Assembly: GCA_001938485.1 (NCBI GenBank)
Contig: MQRK01217150.1
Coordinates: 1 to 64,000 of the forward strand
Reading direction: 5' to 3'
DNA length: 64,000 bases
DNA from: Girardia tigrina
Lineage: Eukaryota
The notes beneath the pieces are model-generated. The model worked only from the letters and a program-made list of their open reading frames with translations, did no database searches and had not been told where the DNA came from. This document shows positions 50,415-64,000 of the stretch, one piece after another. A program made the position numbers and the translations under genes. Numbering within the stretch: position 1 is the first letter of the stretch; every line of letters begins with the position of its first letter.

Positions 50415-53400
50415 TGTAGTGACCACTTTTATAAAAAAAACCTTTATTAAAAACTTTTTATAAAAAACTTTAATAATAAAAAAAACAATAAACGATTAAA
50501 TTAAATCAAAAAAACTTGATTTAATTTAATTAAAAAAAACATAATTAAAATCAATATTAGTAATTATAAATAAATTAAAATTACTATATTAATTATTTAC
50601 CAAAAATCAGATGTTTTAACTGACGATTTTTTATACTTTTTTTGAATCAAATAAATCTTCTCAACACGCCTATTTACTTTTATTTTCAATAAATTCTATA
50701 AAAATCAGACTCCGGAATTATCCGTCGAGTTTTTATTCTCTCTAACAATGGTGTCAGAAGAAAAAATGACCTATGAAACCAGATCAAAGACCGGCATTCC
50801 AGGTGACGATCCTCACATTACCGCTACGAACTTCCCGATCCGACAATCAGCTATCCTGGTCGCAACAAACGCTGGGCAGACTCCAGCAACCGCTAGTCCG
50901 ATGACCACTACGACAGAACACATCGACAATTCAGAGACCGATGGCTCTCATCAGTCGACAGATTGCGATCGGATCACAGTCCTTTCCGATCACCGGTCGC
51001 ACGACCAACAGCGATCGGGTGATTCAATTCCTCGATCGATCAATCCGTGTGAAAACTGCACTAATCAGAGACAAACCGATTCATTTAGGCCAGCAATTGA
51101 TAACTCAGACGTCATCCGAACTGAGAGCCGTGCCGATCGGATGTTAGCAGCTGCTCTACCGATCACCACTTCGACCGAATAGCGAAAACCAGAATAAACT
51201 CCGGACCGATCAGATTGTTCCAGTTGTCGGCTCGACGACCTCTTCGACCGAATACGATGATGAACCGAAAAGCGAAAATCCAAATCGACTGCAGACCGAT
51301 CAGATTTCACTAGTTGCCGGCTCGACAACCGCTCCGAACAGCATGATTCGCCAACCAGTCAACCGAGTCGTGAAACACACCGAGTAGGTGCTGAGAGATA
51401 CTGTTCCAGAGATCACTCCAACCTATCACATCTACGAGTATGAAACTGAAGAGTCAATTCTGCGTCTACGATACGGGAATGCTTCAGCAGTGCCCAGTCG
51501 GATCACAGTCCTTTCCAGCTACTATTCGGATCACCTTTGCGGTATCATACTGTATTTAATAGTGTATATTTAATTTCTCTTCATAATATTTATTTATATG
51601 ATATATAATATATATTCAATTCATATGGGATATTTGTCACATGTTTATTCCTTTTAAGAATTAAAATAAAAAGGGGGGAACAAATAAATTGCAATCTTTC
51701 ATTGAGAAAATATAATGGATCAGATATTATTTTAAATTATTTTTTCACCGGTCTGATGAGCGCATATACTTTGCAACCTCGATGAGACGATTTCCAACGA
51801 CACATTCTTACAATGGAAATTACCTGTCCACTGTACGCATTCGCCGATTTCACAGGGCCGAAGTCACATTCCACGTACATGAAACCAAATCATGTCACCC
51901 GTGCCATTATCCTCATCGACCTCAGGCACGACAAGCTTAACCTCCAAGTCTAAAGACAAGACCCCATTAACCAATCAATTGATGGAAGCGCTTCACACCA
52001 AGTCAATAAGACCATTAAAATTACAATAATAAACTTAGTGGATCTCTCACAAAACATATTTGACGTCGACATATTTGATGTCACCAATATCCGAGTTCAT
52101 ATAACTTCTAGAGTCCATCACCAAACACCCTTTTTACTTATCATATGTTTTCAAATCGCTGAGACCAAACCTTTCATGGTTCCAATACGGGATAGTTTCT
52201 CACATCGCTGTAACTTTCAACTCCACACTATCTGGAGGGGGTAACAATGGCGAAGAACCACGGATAGACGCTCAGATGTCCACATTTGCGATCACTGATG
52301 TGCCGCTTTGTTTCTTCTTGGATAAAAATGGCTCACGAAAAGCTTGGCTCAACCTTATTGATTTTAGGCTGAAATAGCAAAACATTAAGACTCAAAACAG
52401 TCTATTCAATCAACTATTATGATACATTCCGGTAGACCAGTTGCAATCAATTGTGTTACACCTGCGCAAAATTTCCGCACACCCAGCGCAATACGATCAA
52501 TTGTGTAAACAATTATTGCAGGTACATACCCCATCGTTTGACGTTATCTTTGAAAATTATTTCAAAGCTCAGCACATCGGGAACTTGAAACCATACCAAT
52601 TCCTTCAGTAGGTGATGACAGAACTGGAAATGATGCACCCAGGAATAATTAAAGATAACGAGACAACAATTCTTAGGAAATTTTTCATTCAGTCACTTCC
52701 GTCTATGCACAGAGCTATTCTCGCAGCCACAACCACGGGGGACCTCAAAGAATTAACGTGCACAGCTGACTGAATTGCTTAAACGGTGCAACCCGATACA
52801 GACGATGTTGTCAGATTTTACCAGGTTCCACTACCACCGCAACAAACGTATCAACCCAGGATACACTATTCTCTGTTTTGACGACCCAGATGACACAGAT
52901 GGTGTCCATGATGGCCGATTTCACGAACAGCATAGCTGCTTTGACTACAACAACCTCCAATAAACAGAGAGGACGACCACACTTTCGGAGTAGAAAAATG
53001 TCGAACATCAGGCGAGGACAGTTGTGTTATTTTCACCAAAGGTTCGGTAATAATCCGAGGAAATGCCAGCCTGGCTGTGGATGGAACGGAGACCATACAA
53101 CTTTGGAAATATCGGATTTTTGCATCCAACACTCCAAATATGGCGATGAGGCCAGGGGGTGTTCTACTGGATGTCAGTAACAGACGACAAAAAACTAGTT
53201 TCACCCTCCATCCGAGCAGCAGATGGAAGAGGCGATGAAAGTTGCTGCGGTTTGTTCACTTCAGATGCCGAAATCTCAAATTCATCAATCACAGTGGCAT
53301 CGCTCTTGGTTGACACCGGCTCTGCGTTATCAGTTCTAGCGCGTCAATTCCAGCAGCACAACTATCTCAGCACCAAACGGCTCACAGCTGCCAATGGATC

Positions 53401-56400
53401 CATCGGTCACACATACAGAACGATCCAGCTGACATTTTTGCTAAAACAACTGAAACGGAAGTTCCAGTGGACATTCACAGCGGCCGAAGTTACACAACCC
53501 ATATTGGGTGCAGATTCTTTTGAAAATTTTGATATTCTTGTCGATTGCAAGAATTGAAGATTACTTTTCAGTGAGACCTCGCCAAGCTCCGTGGTCATAG
53601 ATCCAACATTCAACAGCATTAATACCATTGACCTGGGGACTGCCGATTTCATTGATCGCATCAAGGGTAAGTTTTCCAATGTCCTTGCTCGATCCATCGG
53701 ATCTGATCAACCGGCTTGCATCTCATCGCAAGTCATAGTCACTTCAAGCTGTGCTCCAGTTCGACAGCGTCGAAGAGAACTGGCACAAGACAGACGACTG
53801 TTGATCGAAAAGGAGTTCAAAGAGCTCGATGAATCCTAGTCAAGACCTATCATCGGATCCCAGTCGACCCAGAATCAATTCCGAAGACCGCAATCATCAT
53901 ACCATTTGGTTTGTTTGAATACATTCGAATACCTTTTGGCTTACAAACGCGTCACAAACCTTTCAGCGTCACATAGACATCGTGCTTCAAGGACTTTCAA
54001 ACGTCGCAGCATACATGAATGACATCATTATTGCATCTCCGGACATCACGAACCATCAACAACACTTGTCCGAGACTTTGGCAAGATTCAATTCCCACAA
54101 TCTGCAGATCAAGCTCGAGAAGTGCCTATCTTTTCAGTCAAATGTAGAATTTCTAGGTCACGAGCTATCCAAGGATGGAATCAAGCCACTTGAGAGCAGA
54201 GTGAAGGCTATTCGGCACTTTCCCCGCCCAGACACCGTTACCTCCATGAGAAGCTTCCTGGACATAGTCAACTACTGCAGACGTTTCATACAAAACTTGT
54301 CTGCTGCTCTTGCTCCTCTCACTGCTTTTTCATCCGGACCAAAGAAATCCAAAATCAATTGGACTGATGAAGCTGATGCAGCATTCAAACAGATCAAAGA
54401 GGACATGCTGTCGATGTCATCCCTTCACTTTCCTGACAGTTCATTACATCTCACACTCACAACCGACGCATCAAACACGGGTATAGATGCTGTACGCTTG
54501 CAAGTACGGGGAGTCCATCCAGAGCCCATCGAATTTTACTCTCACAAGCTCTCACCTGCTCAAACGCGCTACTCCACTTTTGATCGCGAACTTTTGGGAC
54601 TCTATTTGTCTGCCAGACATTTCGAACACCTCATGATTGCCCGTAACACCACAGTATATACACAAACTGTTACTCTATGCCATGACCATGAAGTCACCAT
54701 CACCGAGACAACAGCCACAGATCAGCTATCTCTCCCAATTCAACATGGAGATCAGGCACATCAAAGGAGTTGATAATATTGTGGCCGATTGTCTATCCAG
54801 AACAGACATCGCCAGCCTCATCTTTGAACCATCTTTCACGATGGAGATACTGGAACAACACCCTCCGACACAAAAGGATCTGTCTCAATTCAAGACACCT
54901 CCCATAGCCCTTGGAAAAGTGTTCTTAGACACCTCTTTCCCGGGATGTCCACGTCCAGTGTTCTCTCGTGACTTACGAGCACAAGCGTTCCAGGCAATCC
55001 ATAACACTTCCAATCCTGGTTCGAAAGCTAAATACGAGCTACTCCGCACCAAAGTCATATGGCCCTTCATGCGCCGAGATCTCAAGATATGGTGTCGCGC
55101 TTGCTTTTCTTGTCAAAAGAGCAAGGTCACCCAACACACTGTCTTATCGTTCCCAACAGGTATTCGATTCGACACGGTACACATGGACATCGTGGGCCCT
55201 CTTCCAAACTCCAATGGTTTCAACTATATCCTCACCATCATCGACCGGAACACACGCTGGACAGAAGCGTTTCCACTGAGGACTATCACGATGGACACCA
55301 TAGTCGATCATTTCGTAAATCATTAGATCGCAACATTTGGCATCCCAAAGAGGATAATAACCGATCAAGGTCACCAGTTCGAATCTGATCTTTTCAAAAG
55401 CCTAACAAAACACTTGGGAATACAGAAAATCAGGACTACCCCATTCCACCCACAAGCTAACGGACTCGTGGAGCGTTTTCACAGAACGTTGAAGAATTCT
55501 CTTCGCGCATTAGCCGCGAACAGCGATTGGTCCAAACAATTGCCATACATTCTACTTAGTTGGAGGAACATCCCGAACAGCCATCATGGGACCTCACCGG
55601 CGCAAATACTCTTTGGATCCAAAACCTCCTTCGTTAACGAACTATTCTTCAACGAAGCCCCACAGGACGATAAACTTCTTTCTTCAGCACGAGAACACTT
55701 CCTACAAGCAGACAGATTACCTACACATACGGGAACTGACAAAATTTTTGTTCCAAAGGAACTTGTCACAGCAAAATTTGTTTGGTTGCAACGAGAGTCA
55801 CCATCTTCACTTCAAGACCGCTATACCGGACCTCATCGGCTTCTCAAACTCTCAACAGAGAACAACACAGTTACAATAAACTTTCAGGGCACTGACTGGA
55901 CCGTCAAGATCAGCAAACTTAAACCATGTATTCACATCGAAGATATTCCAGCTGACCCCTCAGTATCATCCCTCAGAAAAAACTCAGCCTCCTTTTCACC
56001 ATGGGTCCAGTATAATGATTCTCGCATAGCTCTCACAAAGCCTTGATCTGCCTACTTTCCATCATGCTCCGCATCTTTCGTTGGGGTATGATGTAGTGAC
56101 CACTTTTATAAAAACACTTTTATTAAAAACTTTTTTTATAAAAAACTTTAATAAAAAAACAATAAACGATTAAATTAAATAAAAAAACTTGATTTAATTT
56201 AATTAAAAAAAACATAATTAAAATCAATATTAGTAATTATAAATGTCCATATGTATTTAAAATTACTATATAAATTATTTACAAAAAATCAGTTGTTTTA
56301 ACTGACGATTTTTTACACTTTTTTGAATCAAATAAATCTTCTCAACACGTCTATTTACTTTTATTTTCAATAAATTATATGAAAACCAGACTCCGGAATT

Positions 56401-56428
56401 ATTCGTCGAGTTTTCATTCTCCCCAACA
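50415..56428 (+). mobile_element. Complete two-LTR Gypsy insertion with a composite interior
   Basis: LTRs 50415-50747 and 56092-56428 (TGTAG...AACA); 5-bp TSD GTCAT on both sides; tRNA-Leu-type PBS TGGTGTCAGAAG at 50749; purine tract before the 3' LTR. Confidence 0.95.
52270..56046 (+). pseudogene. gag-pol of the 50415-56428 element
   Basis: CYFHQRFGNNPRKCQPGC; LVDTGS and ILGAD; RT with an internal deletion near 53840, KTAIITPFGLFEY, AYMNDII; TTDAS, FDRELL; HMDIVGPLP, TDQGHQFES, GLVERFHRTLK; YTGPH. Confidence 0.93.
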
Positions 56429-56552
56429 GTCATCAAGAGTGAGAAATTTTTCAAAGTTCGGAGAAAATTGATTGAGGAAAAAGCCTTCAAAAATAGTTTT
56501 CTAAATTCCATGGATACAAACAAACACACACACACACATATATATATATATA

Positions 56553-56963
56553 TTATATTATAAAAACCCAAGTCACTCACTGCCTCACTGCCTCACTAAC
56601 GCTCATATTATCTACTTACAATTGTAAGTAGATATTTATATTAATAATAATTCATATATAAATTCATAATTCATTTTATAAGATAAGATAATCGTAAANN
56701 NNNNNNNNNNNNNNNNNATTAGCAAATATACTACTGCTGTTTGTCAGTAGTATCAGTTTGATATTATTTATATTTATTCAAAATTTGTGGGTATTAAAAT
56801 TGTAACGCAAATATTATATTGTCAAAAAATATTTCATTCATTTTTTTGAGTAATAAAAATATTTTGAAAAAAATAAAAATAAAAAACGATTTAAATATTA
56901 AAACAGAAACTTACAAAGTCGAAAAGTCAGCTCACCCGTCATATATGACGGGTCTTTTTCTAG
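56553..56963 (+). mobile_element. Non-autonomous Helitron sharing its 5' end with 34609
   Basis: TATATTATAAAAACCCAAGTCACTCACTGCC start; hairpin CCCGTCATATATGACGGG followed by CTAG|T. Confidence 0.8.
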
Positions 56964-56995
<32 letters not shown>

Positions 56996-57055
56996 NNNNN
57001 NNNNNNNNNNNNNNNNNNNNNNNNNNNNNNNNNNNNNNNNNNNNNATATATATTA

Positions 57056-57583
57056 TGTAAGAGCGTGCGCAGCGCGGCTGCAGCACCATATAGTCGGGCG
57101 GAGGTGGTGGGATCGAGGGGAATAAAAAATTACTTTCTCACTCGTTACTAGAAAATTGTCTTCTTTTTATCAATTTCGAATCGCTGATCTTTGCCCAAGA
57201 AAGCAATTGATCGATTTCACTCGACACTCCGATATCCATTTTCGTAGTTCGATTATCGCTAAAACCGAGACAGTCCGTATCAAAAAGAATCGCTTCGTAA
57301 AGAAGCCTCAGCAGAGTCTCCAGTTGTGGTAGAACGAGCGTAGAACAAGAACTGACTGTCTGAATGCTTTCTGTCTCCAGCTAACCCGGAGTAATTATGC
57401 ATGTGATCTCGCGATGGTCAATGATCTCTGGCACGTGACACTCGTTCCGTGCTCGATGGTGGTCGAGAGTGACTAGCACATTTTCCCAAAATCGACAATC
57501 ATTGAAACGCATTTCTATTCATCCAAATAAACCAAATCATTGGCGACATCGATATCAAACTTTCGTTGCAACCATTCTTAACA
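57056..57583 (+). mobile_element. Probable solo LTR
   Basis: GC-richer block TGTAAGA...TCTTAACA with AATAAA near the 3' end. No TSD seen, and the left side borders a gap. Confidence 0.5.
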
Positions 57584-58089
57584 TAATGCTTTGCTTGGAA
57601 TTAGAGCTAATCAGAATGACATTAAACGAATCGTGACATTACAAATGCTTGTAAAATCCATAAACTAAACTGGAAACAATACGGACGATTTATTGCCGAT
57701 AATTAACCATTTCGGTTTATCGGAATTCAAAATCGTTTTTCGTGAGGAAATGAACTCATTAAATGAAATAATTGTACTCATATTATTTGAATTTTTAAAA
57801 ACTAATCAGAAAAATATTTATTGAAAAAATCTTTTCGCTCGACAAAAATTCATATTTGAACAAGAAAAAATAGAAAATATCGATTGGACTTTGAATTTTA
57901 GTTTGAATTAGAGGTCGAATTCGATTTCACTGAGAGAAATTTTCCGTATTTTTATATCGATTAATTTTCTATCAATTAAAATTTAAGGAAATTTTTCGAG
58001 AAATTTTTATCGGTTCGATTTATTGGAACAAATAAATCATTTTCACTATTGATTGATCGCAATTATCAAATGAGATGCGTACAATATAA

Positions 58090-58450
58090 ATTATCATTAT
58101 CAAGAATAGGTGCAGTTAAACCAGTTGCCCTTCAATTAAAATCCTTATTATCAGCTGTGAATGAATTTGAGGTACGTAGTCTTCCAGCTGATACTCAGAC
58201 ACAGATTAAATTCTTTAAAAAATATCTAACATCATTTGAATGTGTTTTGATGTCTACAATTTGGATGAAAGTTCTTGTTTTATTGCATCAAACAAATCTA
58301 ATTCTCCAAACCCAGAAAGCAACACTGACAACAGAAAAAAATAATATTGACAAACTTATTGAAGATATAAAAAAATAAAAATGTATGGAATTTGCTTATT
58401 TCGGAGTCAAAGAAAAGTCCAGCAAATAATGAAATCGTTGCAGAATTTGC
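58090..58450 (+). pseudogene. hAT transposase internal fragment
   Basis: SRIGAVKP...KKYLTSFECVLMSTIWMKVL...TNLILQ. Confidence 0.65.
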
Positions 58451-58848
58451 GACGAATCGCCGTGTTGCGGTTCCTTTTGGTGAACTTTAAATTTTTGATA
58501 TTTTTTAAAAATCATATTTGCATTTTAAGTAAATTAAAAATAATGTTCGATTAATTAAAATTAAATAATTCTTTAAAATAAAAACCTTTTAAATTCTTAA
58601 AAAAAGAACAAGCTCATTCTTTAAATTTTTGGAAATAATTAATTGTTATAAATAATCTCTAAAATAAAATCAAAAGTTTTAAACAGTTATTAGTAAAAAA
58701 ATCTTAATTAATTTTAAAAAAGTTAATATCATAAATAATTGAATTTTAATTGTTAAGCATTTATTTTAAGAGTTATTCGGAAGAATTTTTTGTTAAAATT
58801 TTTGTTGTCAGAGATGTAATAAAAAAAGATAATTTAAAGTTAAAAGGC

Positions 58849-61800
58849 AGTTAAATCTTCAGGTGTTTCACTTCAGTATTCGTTATAAGAACAAGTAGAA
58901 TTTATTAATTATTTACAATCTTTTTAGAATACTTAAACAAATAATAATCGCAACTTCCCCTCTTTTATAATTCGTTATTCACTATCTTAATCCCCTCAAT
59001 TCTTCGACGAATTATTTTTCCATCTTTCAAATTCTGTAGTTCCAATTGGTGTGGCAATATATGTCTTAAAATTTGGTACGGTCCATCGAATGGGAAGGTG
59101 TCTTTTCTCAGTTTTGTAGGATCTTGTTTTACAAAGACTTTCTGACCATCCTCGAAATGTCGATTTGTTCTCTTCTCTCTCTCCCAATTTTCCATTCGTC
59201 TTGTCGCTTTCTCTAAATTTTCTCTTACCTTTATTTTGATCACCTTGCTCTCTTCCGTTTTAGCTATTCCTGCTGCCGCATGTAAATTTATTTTTCTACC
59301 AAACACAACTTCGAAAGGCGAATATCAGGTCGTACTTTGAACTGTTACATTTAAGACAGAATTCTATCTTCGAAACAATTTGCCACCATGATCGTTTGAC
59401 TGTGTCTCCTCTGCTTGTTACAATCATGTCTCTCACTATTCGAATAGTTCTTTCTGCCAACCCGTTTGATTGATGTTGAAATGGGCTATTAAATCTCTGT
59501 TCGATTCCATATTTCCTGCAAAAATCTTTAAATTTTCCGCCAGTAAAACATTTTTCATTGTCTGTTAATATCCATTTTATCAACACGCATTGAACTATGG
59601 TGTCTTCGTTTTGAGTTCTAATCTCTGTCAAAGAGACCAATTTCGAAAAATGGTCCACCATGACCAATATATATGGGTACATGCTATTCTTGTCACCCAC
59701 ATATGCGATATCCATCACGACTTGCTCTAAAAACTCGTCACTTCTAATTGGCATCAACTTCTCTTTTGTTTTTTCACTTGTATTTTTTCTGCGTATACAT
59801 TCCTGGCATTCTCCTATAATGATTTGCACCTCTTTCGCTAAATCTGGTAGTATAAAATGATTTTGGATGTACTTCTTTGTCTTTTGATACCTACATGACA
59901 TAAATCTCTGTGTATTTTCCTGATGAAATCTCTTCTAATTTGCTTCGGAACCAATGGTAACACTCAATTTCCTTCTTGCCTACCCAATAACCCATTCTGA
60001 TAAACTAATTGGTCCTTTAGTTGTAATAACTCCTTGATGATTTCCTTCTTTACACCCTCTGCCATCTCCTGTATTTGTTTCAACTGGTTCAACTCTGAGC
60101 ACTTTTCTTGTTCGTCTTTTATCTATTGAATTGTAGACTGAATCACCACTGTATTGATGTGTTTCACCCTTGCTTTTATTGATTTTGGTTCTTCGTGTTT
60201 TGTTTCACACTGTGCACAAACGTCGTCGTATAGCTGTGATAATCCATCTGCATTTCCATGTTCGTCACCTTATCTATACTTCAAATCAAAGTCAAAATCG
60301 GCCATGTTTGCTAACCATGTCAGGAATTGAGGAGTTATTGGTTTGGAAGTACTCTTCATATACACCAGTGCATTATGATTAGTTCTTGCTGTAAATCGCT
60401 TGCCATATAAATATTGCTTGAAATGTAACATGAACTCTTGTAAATCTAATAGTTCCTTTCTTGTCACACAGTACCCTTTTTCATGTGTGGTTAAAGTCCT
60501 CGATGCATACGCGATTACTACTTCTTTCTCTTCTGATATCTGACTAAGAGCTGCTCCTATCGATCCGAATGATGCATCTTTGTCTAAGATGAAATTATTA
60601 TTCGGGTTTACATATGCTAATTAAAATGAAAGACACCACATAACTTTTGCTTCAATTCGTTAAAACTTCTGTCGCACTCGTCTGACCAAAATATTTCTTT
60701 ACATTTTCCGCTGCATGCACTGTGCAACGGTGCTGCTAATTCTGCGTAATTCTTGATAAATNNNNNNNNNNNNNNNNNNNNNNNNNNNNNNNNNNNNNNN
60801 NNNNNNNNNNNNNNNNNNNNNNNNNNNNNNNNNNNNNNNNNNNNNNNNNNNNNNNNNNNNNNNNNNNNCTTCTTTGTTAATTGTATGTCCCAGAAATACC
60901 AGCTCCCCCACTCCGAATTTGCATTTCCCTGGGTTGACTTTTAAACCTGCTTTCTTCAGTCTATTCAGTACTTCTTCTAATAGTCTCATATGATCCTCAA
61001 TTGATTTTGAGTAAATTAAGACATCATCTAGGTATATTACTACTTCAGAGAATAGTAAATCTTCAAATAATGAATTCATTATTCTCTGAAACGTTCCTGG
61101 TGCTGTTGAAAGTCCAAACGGTACACGGTTAAAACAATACTGCTGTGTTCTTGTTCAAAACGCAGTCTTTTCTTGAGAACTTTCCAATGCTACTTGATGG
61201 TATGCTTTGCCTAAATCTATACTGGAAAAAATTCTGGAGCCACCAAGAGCATCCATTAACATTTGGCTGTCTGGCATTGGAAAGGAAATTTTCTTTGATA
61301 CATCATTCAATTTTCTGAAATCTAAAGAAATTCGAATACCTCCATCTTTCTTTGGCGTAATGACTAACGGGGAGTTCCATTCACTTTTACATTTCCGAAT
61401 TATTCCTGCCTTTTCTAATCCTTTCAGAAATCCTTCGATTTGACTTTCTAAATGAATCGATTGCCTCTTTGGATTCAGAAAAATCGGTTTACCTTCTGTT
61501 TCAATTTTATGGACAACAATATCCGTAAATCGCAGATCGTATTCATGTTTCATGATCGTTTCAAATCGTTTCACAAGGTCTTCCAGTCTTTTGTTCTGCT
61601 CTTGCAGTTTCATATCTGTCTGCACTGTCCCATAACATTACTACGTTGTGATTAATCAGCTAAACATCGCTCCACCATCTACCATCTGACCCCTCTACTA
61701 TCTCTAAAATTTTGATTTTTTGTATATTTTATGCCGACTCCACTGACAAAATACTCACCATAGAGTCTCTGGCGTTTAAATCATCTTCATATTCATCTTT

Positions 61801-62982
61801 ATATGATACGATATTCACGTTGTCTTCATTATACACATCTTTGATGCATCTATACTACATTAACATTCTTAATATGATTACAGTTTCTGAACCCGTGTCC
61901 ACTTTTTCCACAAATTAAACAACGATTATTTAAAGAACAATCTTTCCTCAAATGCTCATGTTTTCAACAGCAATAACAATCCCCTCTGGTTAAATGCTCC
62001 TCTTCTGGAGTTGGAAGTCTCTTTATTTTGTAATATAACTTCCTTGCTTCGCACCAAGCCGAATGCACCGGGCGATTATATTCTTGTTTATCTTCTGACA
62101 TTCTACTGGATCCTTTCTCATTACTTTTATTAAATCTTTCCGATGGTATTCTTAATGTTCTTAATATGTTCTTAATATTGGTTGTCTATCGTTTGATTCA
62201 TTAAATCGAGCTGTATTTCTTTTATGTTCAGGATTCTCATATCTTCTAACTTGATATTTGTCTTTCTTTGTCATTTCTGCATACGATGTTTTGACGGCTA
62301 AAACATCATTTCTTTCTTCTTTTGATATGTTGTCATCATAAATCTTAGCTTCCGCTCTCATTTCATCCACCAATATGTTAGGTTTGAAAACAAATCGATC
62401 CTTCAGAACTTGAGATTTTATCCGCTTTTTCAAAAATTCATTCAAAATTTCTTCATCGCTGTGTTTCCTAAAATTTTCAATTGTTTCCGAACCCTTAATT
62501 TGAATGTTAAAAATCTTTCATTCTCACCTTGACAAATTTGGCTTAGTTTGTCCAATTCTTCCAACAGCGGTACTTTCTTTATAAATGTTTTCTGGACCCA
62601 ATTTTTGGATTCCACATCTGACATTGGTTTCTTACCTTTTTCTGTTGCATTCACCCAAAGAATTTTCGCTTCGTCTATCAACAAATAGTTACACATTTCC
62701 GAGAATGTTAACCCAAAAATTCTGAGCATTGGCATATATCTCTATACCATATTTGATCTTCTTCAGAATACACACCATTGTACTCCTTCATTTTCTTCTC
62801 GAGGGTTTCCTTACAGATTGATGGAAGTTCTAGTTTAGGAAGCCTCAAAACTTTTATTGGAACACTAGCATGGTCGCCGTTAAATCTCCAGGTTTCACTT
62901 CAGTATTCATTATAATTACAAGTGGAATTTATTAATTATTTACAATCTTTTTAGAATACTTAAACAAATAATAATCACAACT
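58849..62982 (-). mobile_element. Gypsy element with ~105-bp LTRs, decayed gag-pol
   Basis: Direct repeats at 58849-58955 and 62879-62982 with AGTT...AACT termini; flanks AAGGC/AAGGT; PBS (T)GGCGACC; PPT AGAGGGGA. Motifs VDTGSET, SEWNSP, IDLGKAYHQ, IYLDDVL, RKELL, MDIAY, TDN, GLAERTIR, FDGPY. Confidence 0.92.
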
Positions 62983-63383
62983 AAGGTAGTTGGAAATTCT
63001 GCAAATTAAAATTCGATAAATAATAGATAAAATACAGATATATATTAAAAATTTTATAATTAATGAATCTCTATTAAATAATAATAAATTTAAATATTGT
63101 TAAATATTTTTGTATATTAAATTTGTAAGTTATTATTGCAATTTTATTAAAAAACAAATTAAAAAGAAATTATTTATAATCGAATGATTTAAAATCAAAA
63201 AAATCAAAATTGAATAAAACAACATATTTATATATTTATCAATATTATTATTTATATTTAGAATTTGAGATCTGGATTATGTAATTAAAATATTGTTCCT
63301 CATAAATTTGTTTCAATAATGAAAATTGTAGTAGAAATAAAGTTTACAAAATTATGACTTCCAATTTTAATCACGAACCTAAT

Positions 63384-64000
63384 ATGGCGACCATAGCCAG
63401 CAACTCGGATCAATTGATTGCGAGACTTCTACCGGAAAAATGCTGGAAAGAAGACAATATTGAAACATTTATAGCAGTACGCTCAAGGTATTTTAAGTTG
63501 GCTAAAATACCAGAAAGCATACAAGAGATTTTTATAATTGGATTGCTTTCTCATGAACTTGTACCTGTCTACGAGAATGTATCGGTCGAGACAAAGGGAT
63601 ATGAAGCTCTGTTACGAGAAGCTTTTCGAAAGAAAAGCTCTCTGATGGAGGATCTGATGGAGGCTGTAAATTTCGAAAGAACGAATGAATCAGCGGAAGA
63701 ATACTTTGCAAAAGCAAAGAAACTTGCAGCAAAATTAGCAAAACATAATTGGTCGGAAGAAGAAATTGAAAAGAATCTTCTAATTCAGGGGTCGAAGTAC
63801 AGCGATGTGAAGAAAGAGATAAAGTTTAGAGAGGTAAAAGAAATAAAAGAAGTAAAAAATGTCATCAAAAAAGTGGATGAAGTCGGGGAAATGGAAAGGT
63901 CAGTACATGCGATGAAAACGTCATACAAGGACGTAGTAAAAAGAGGATCAGCGACAGGAAGCATAACGAAGAAAGGAGACACTTTTGTTAGACGACATCC
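63384..64000 (+). CDS. gag: Gypsy gag, open to the window edge, homologous to the gag at 25660
   Basis: Uninterrupted frame MATIASNSDQLIARLLPE...LREAFRKK...EEYFAKAKKLA...HAMKTSYKDVV. It is missing from the supplied ORF track because it has no stop in the window. Confidence 0.88.
   Translation, partial: MATIASNSDQLIARLLPEKCWKEDNIETFIAVRSRYFKLAKIPESIQEIFIIGLLSHELVPVYENVSVETKGYEALLREAFRKKSSLMEDLMEAVNFERTNESAEEYFAKAKKLAAKLAKHNWSEEEIEKNLLIQGSKYSDVKKEIKFREVKEIKEVKNVIKKVDEVGEMERSVHAMKTSYKDVVKRGSATGSITKKGDTFVRRH

Noticed and set aside
1-64000. CRISPR arrays, rRNA or tRNA genes
   Set aside because: No repeat-spacer array, cloverleaf or rRNA-like sequence seen; the DNA is eukaryotic.

Overview
AT-rich, repeat-dense metazoan genomic DNA with several N gaps. 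The composition and repeat content would fit a flatworm or another invertebrate, but the species cannot be determined from this window. I recognise only one clear host gene: an uninterrupted SKOR/Fussel-type Ski-family corepressor ORF (46008-47153, +). The rest is mostly nested, decayed mobile DNA: a ~7 kb NeSL-like RLE non-LTR retrotransposon with two tandem Ulp1-type protease domains, several Gypsy-like LTR elements and solo LTRs, five mariners, hAT, MULE, piggyBac, Helitron, Penelope (with a hammerhead ribozyme) and a BEL/Pao fragment. Three things stand out. (1) At 8285-12161 is the 3' part of a probable LTR element. It encodes a ubiquitin-like domain, then a chuvirus-type (class III) envelope glycoprotein, then a terminal DTG aspartic protease with no RT behind it. 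(2) At 38265-39701 is a compact, virus-like head-to-head cassette with an intact minimal TBP-like gene behind an E2F/CHR-like motif. (3) The NeSL-like element pairs an active Ulp1 domain with a pseudo-protease copy. All family assignments come from motif recognition by eye; no database searches were run.
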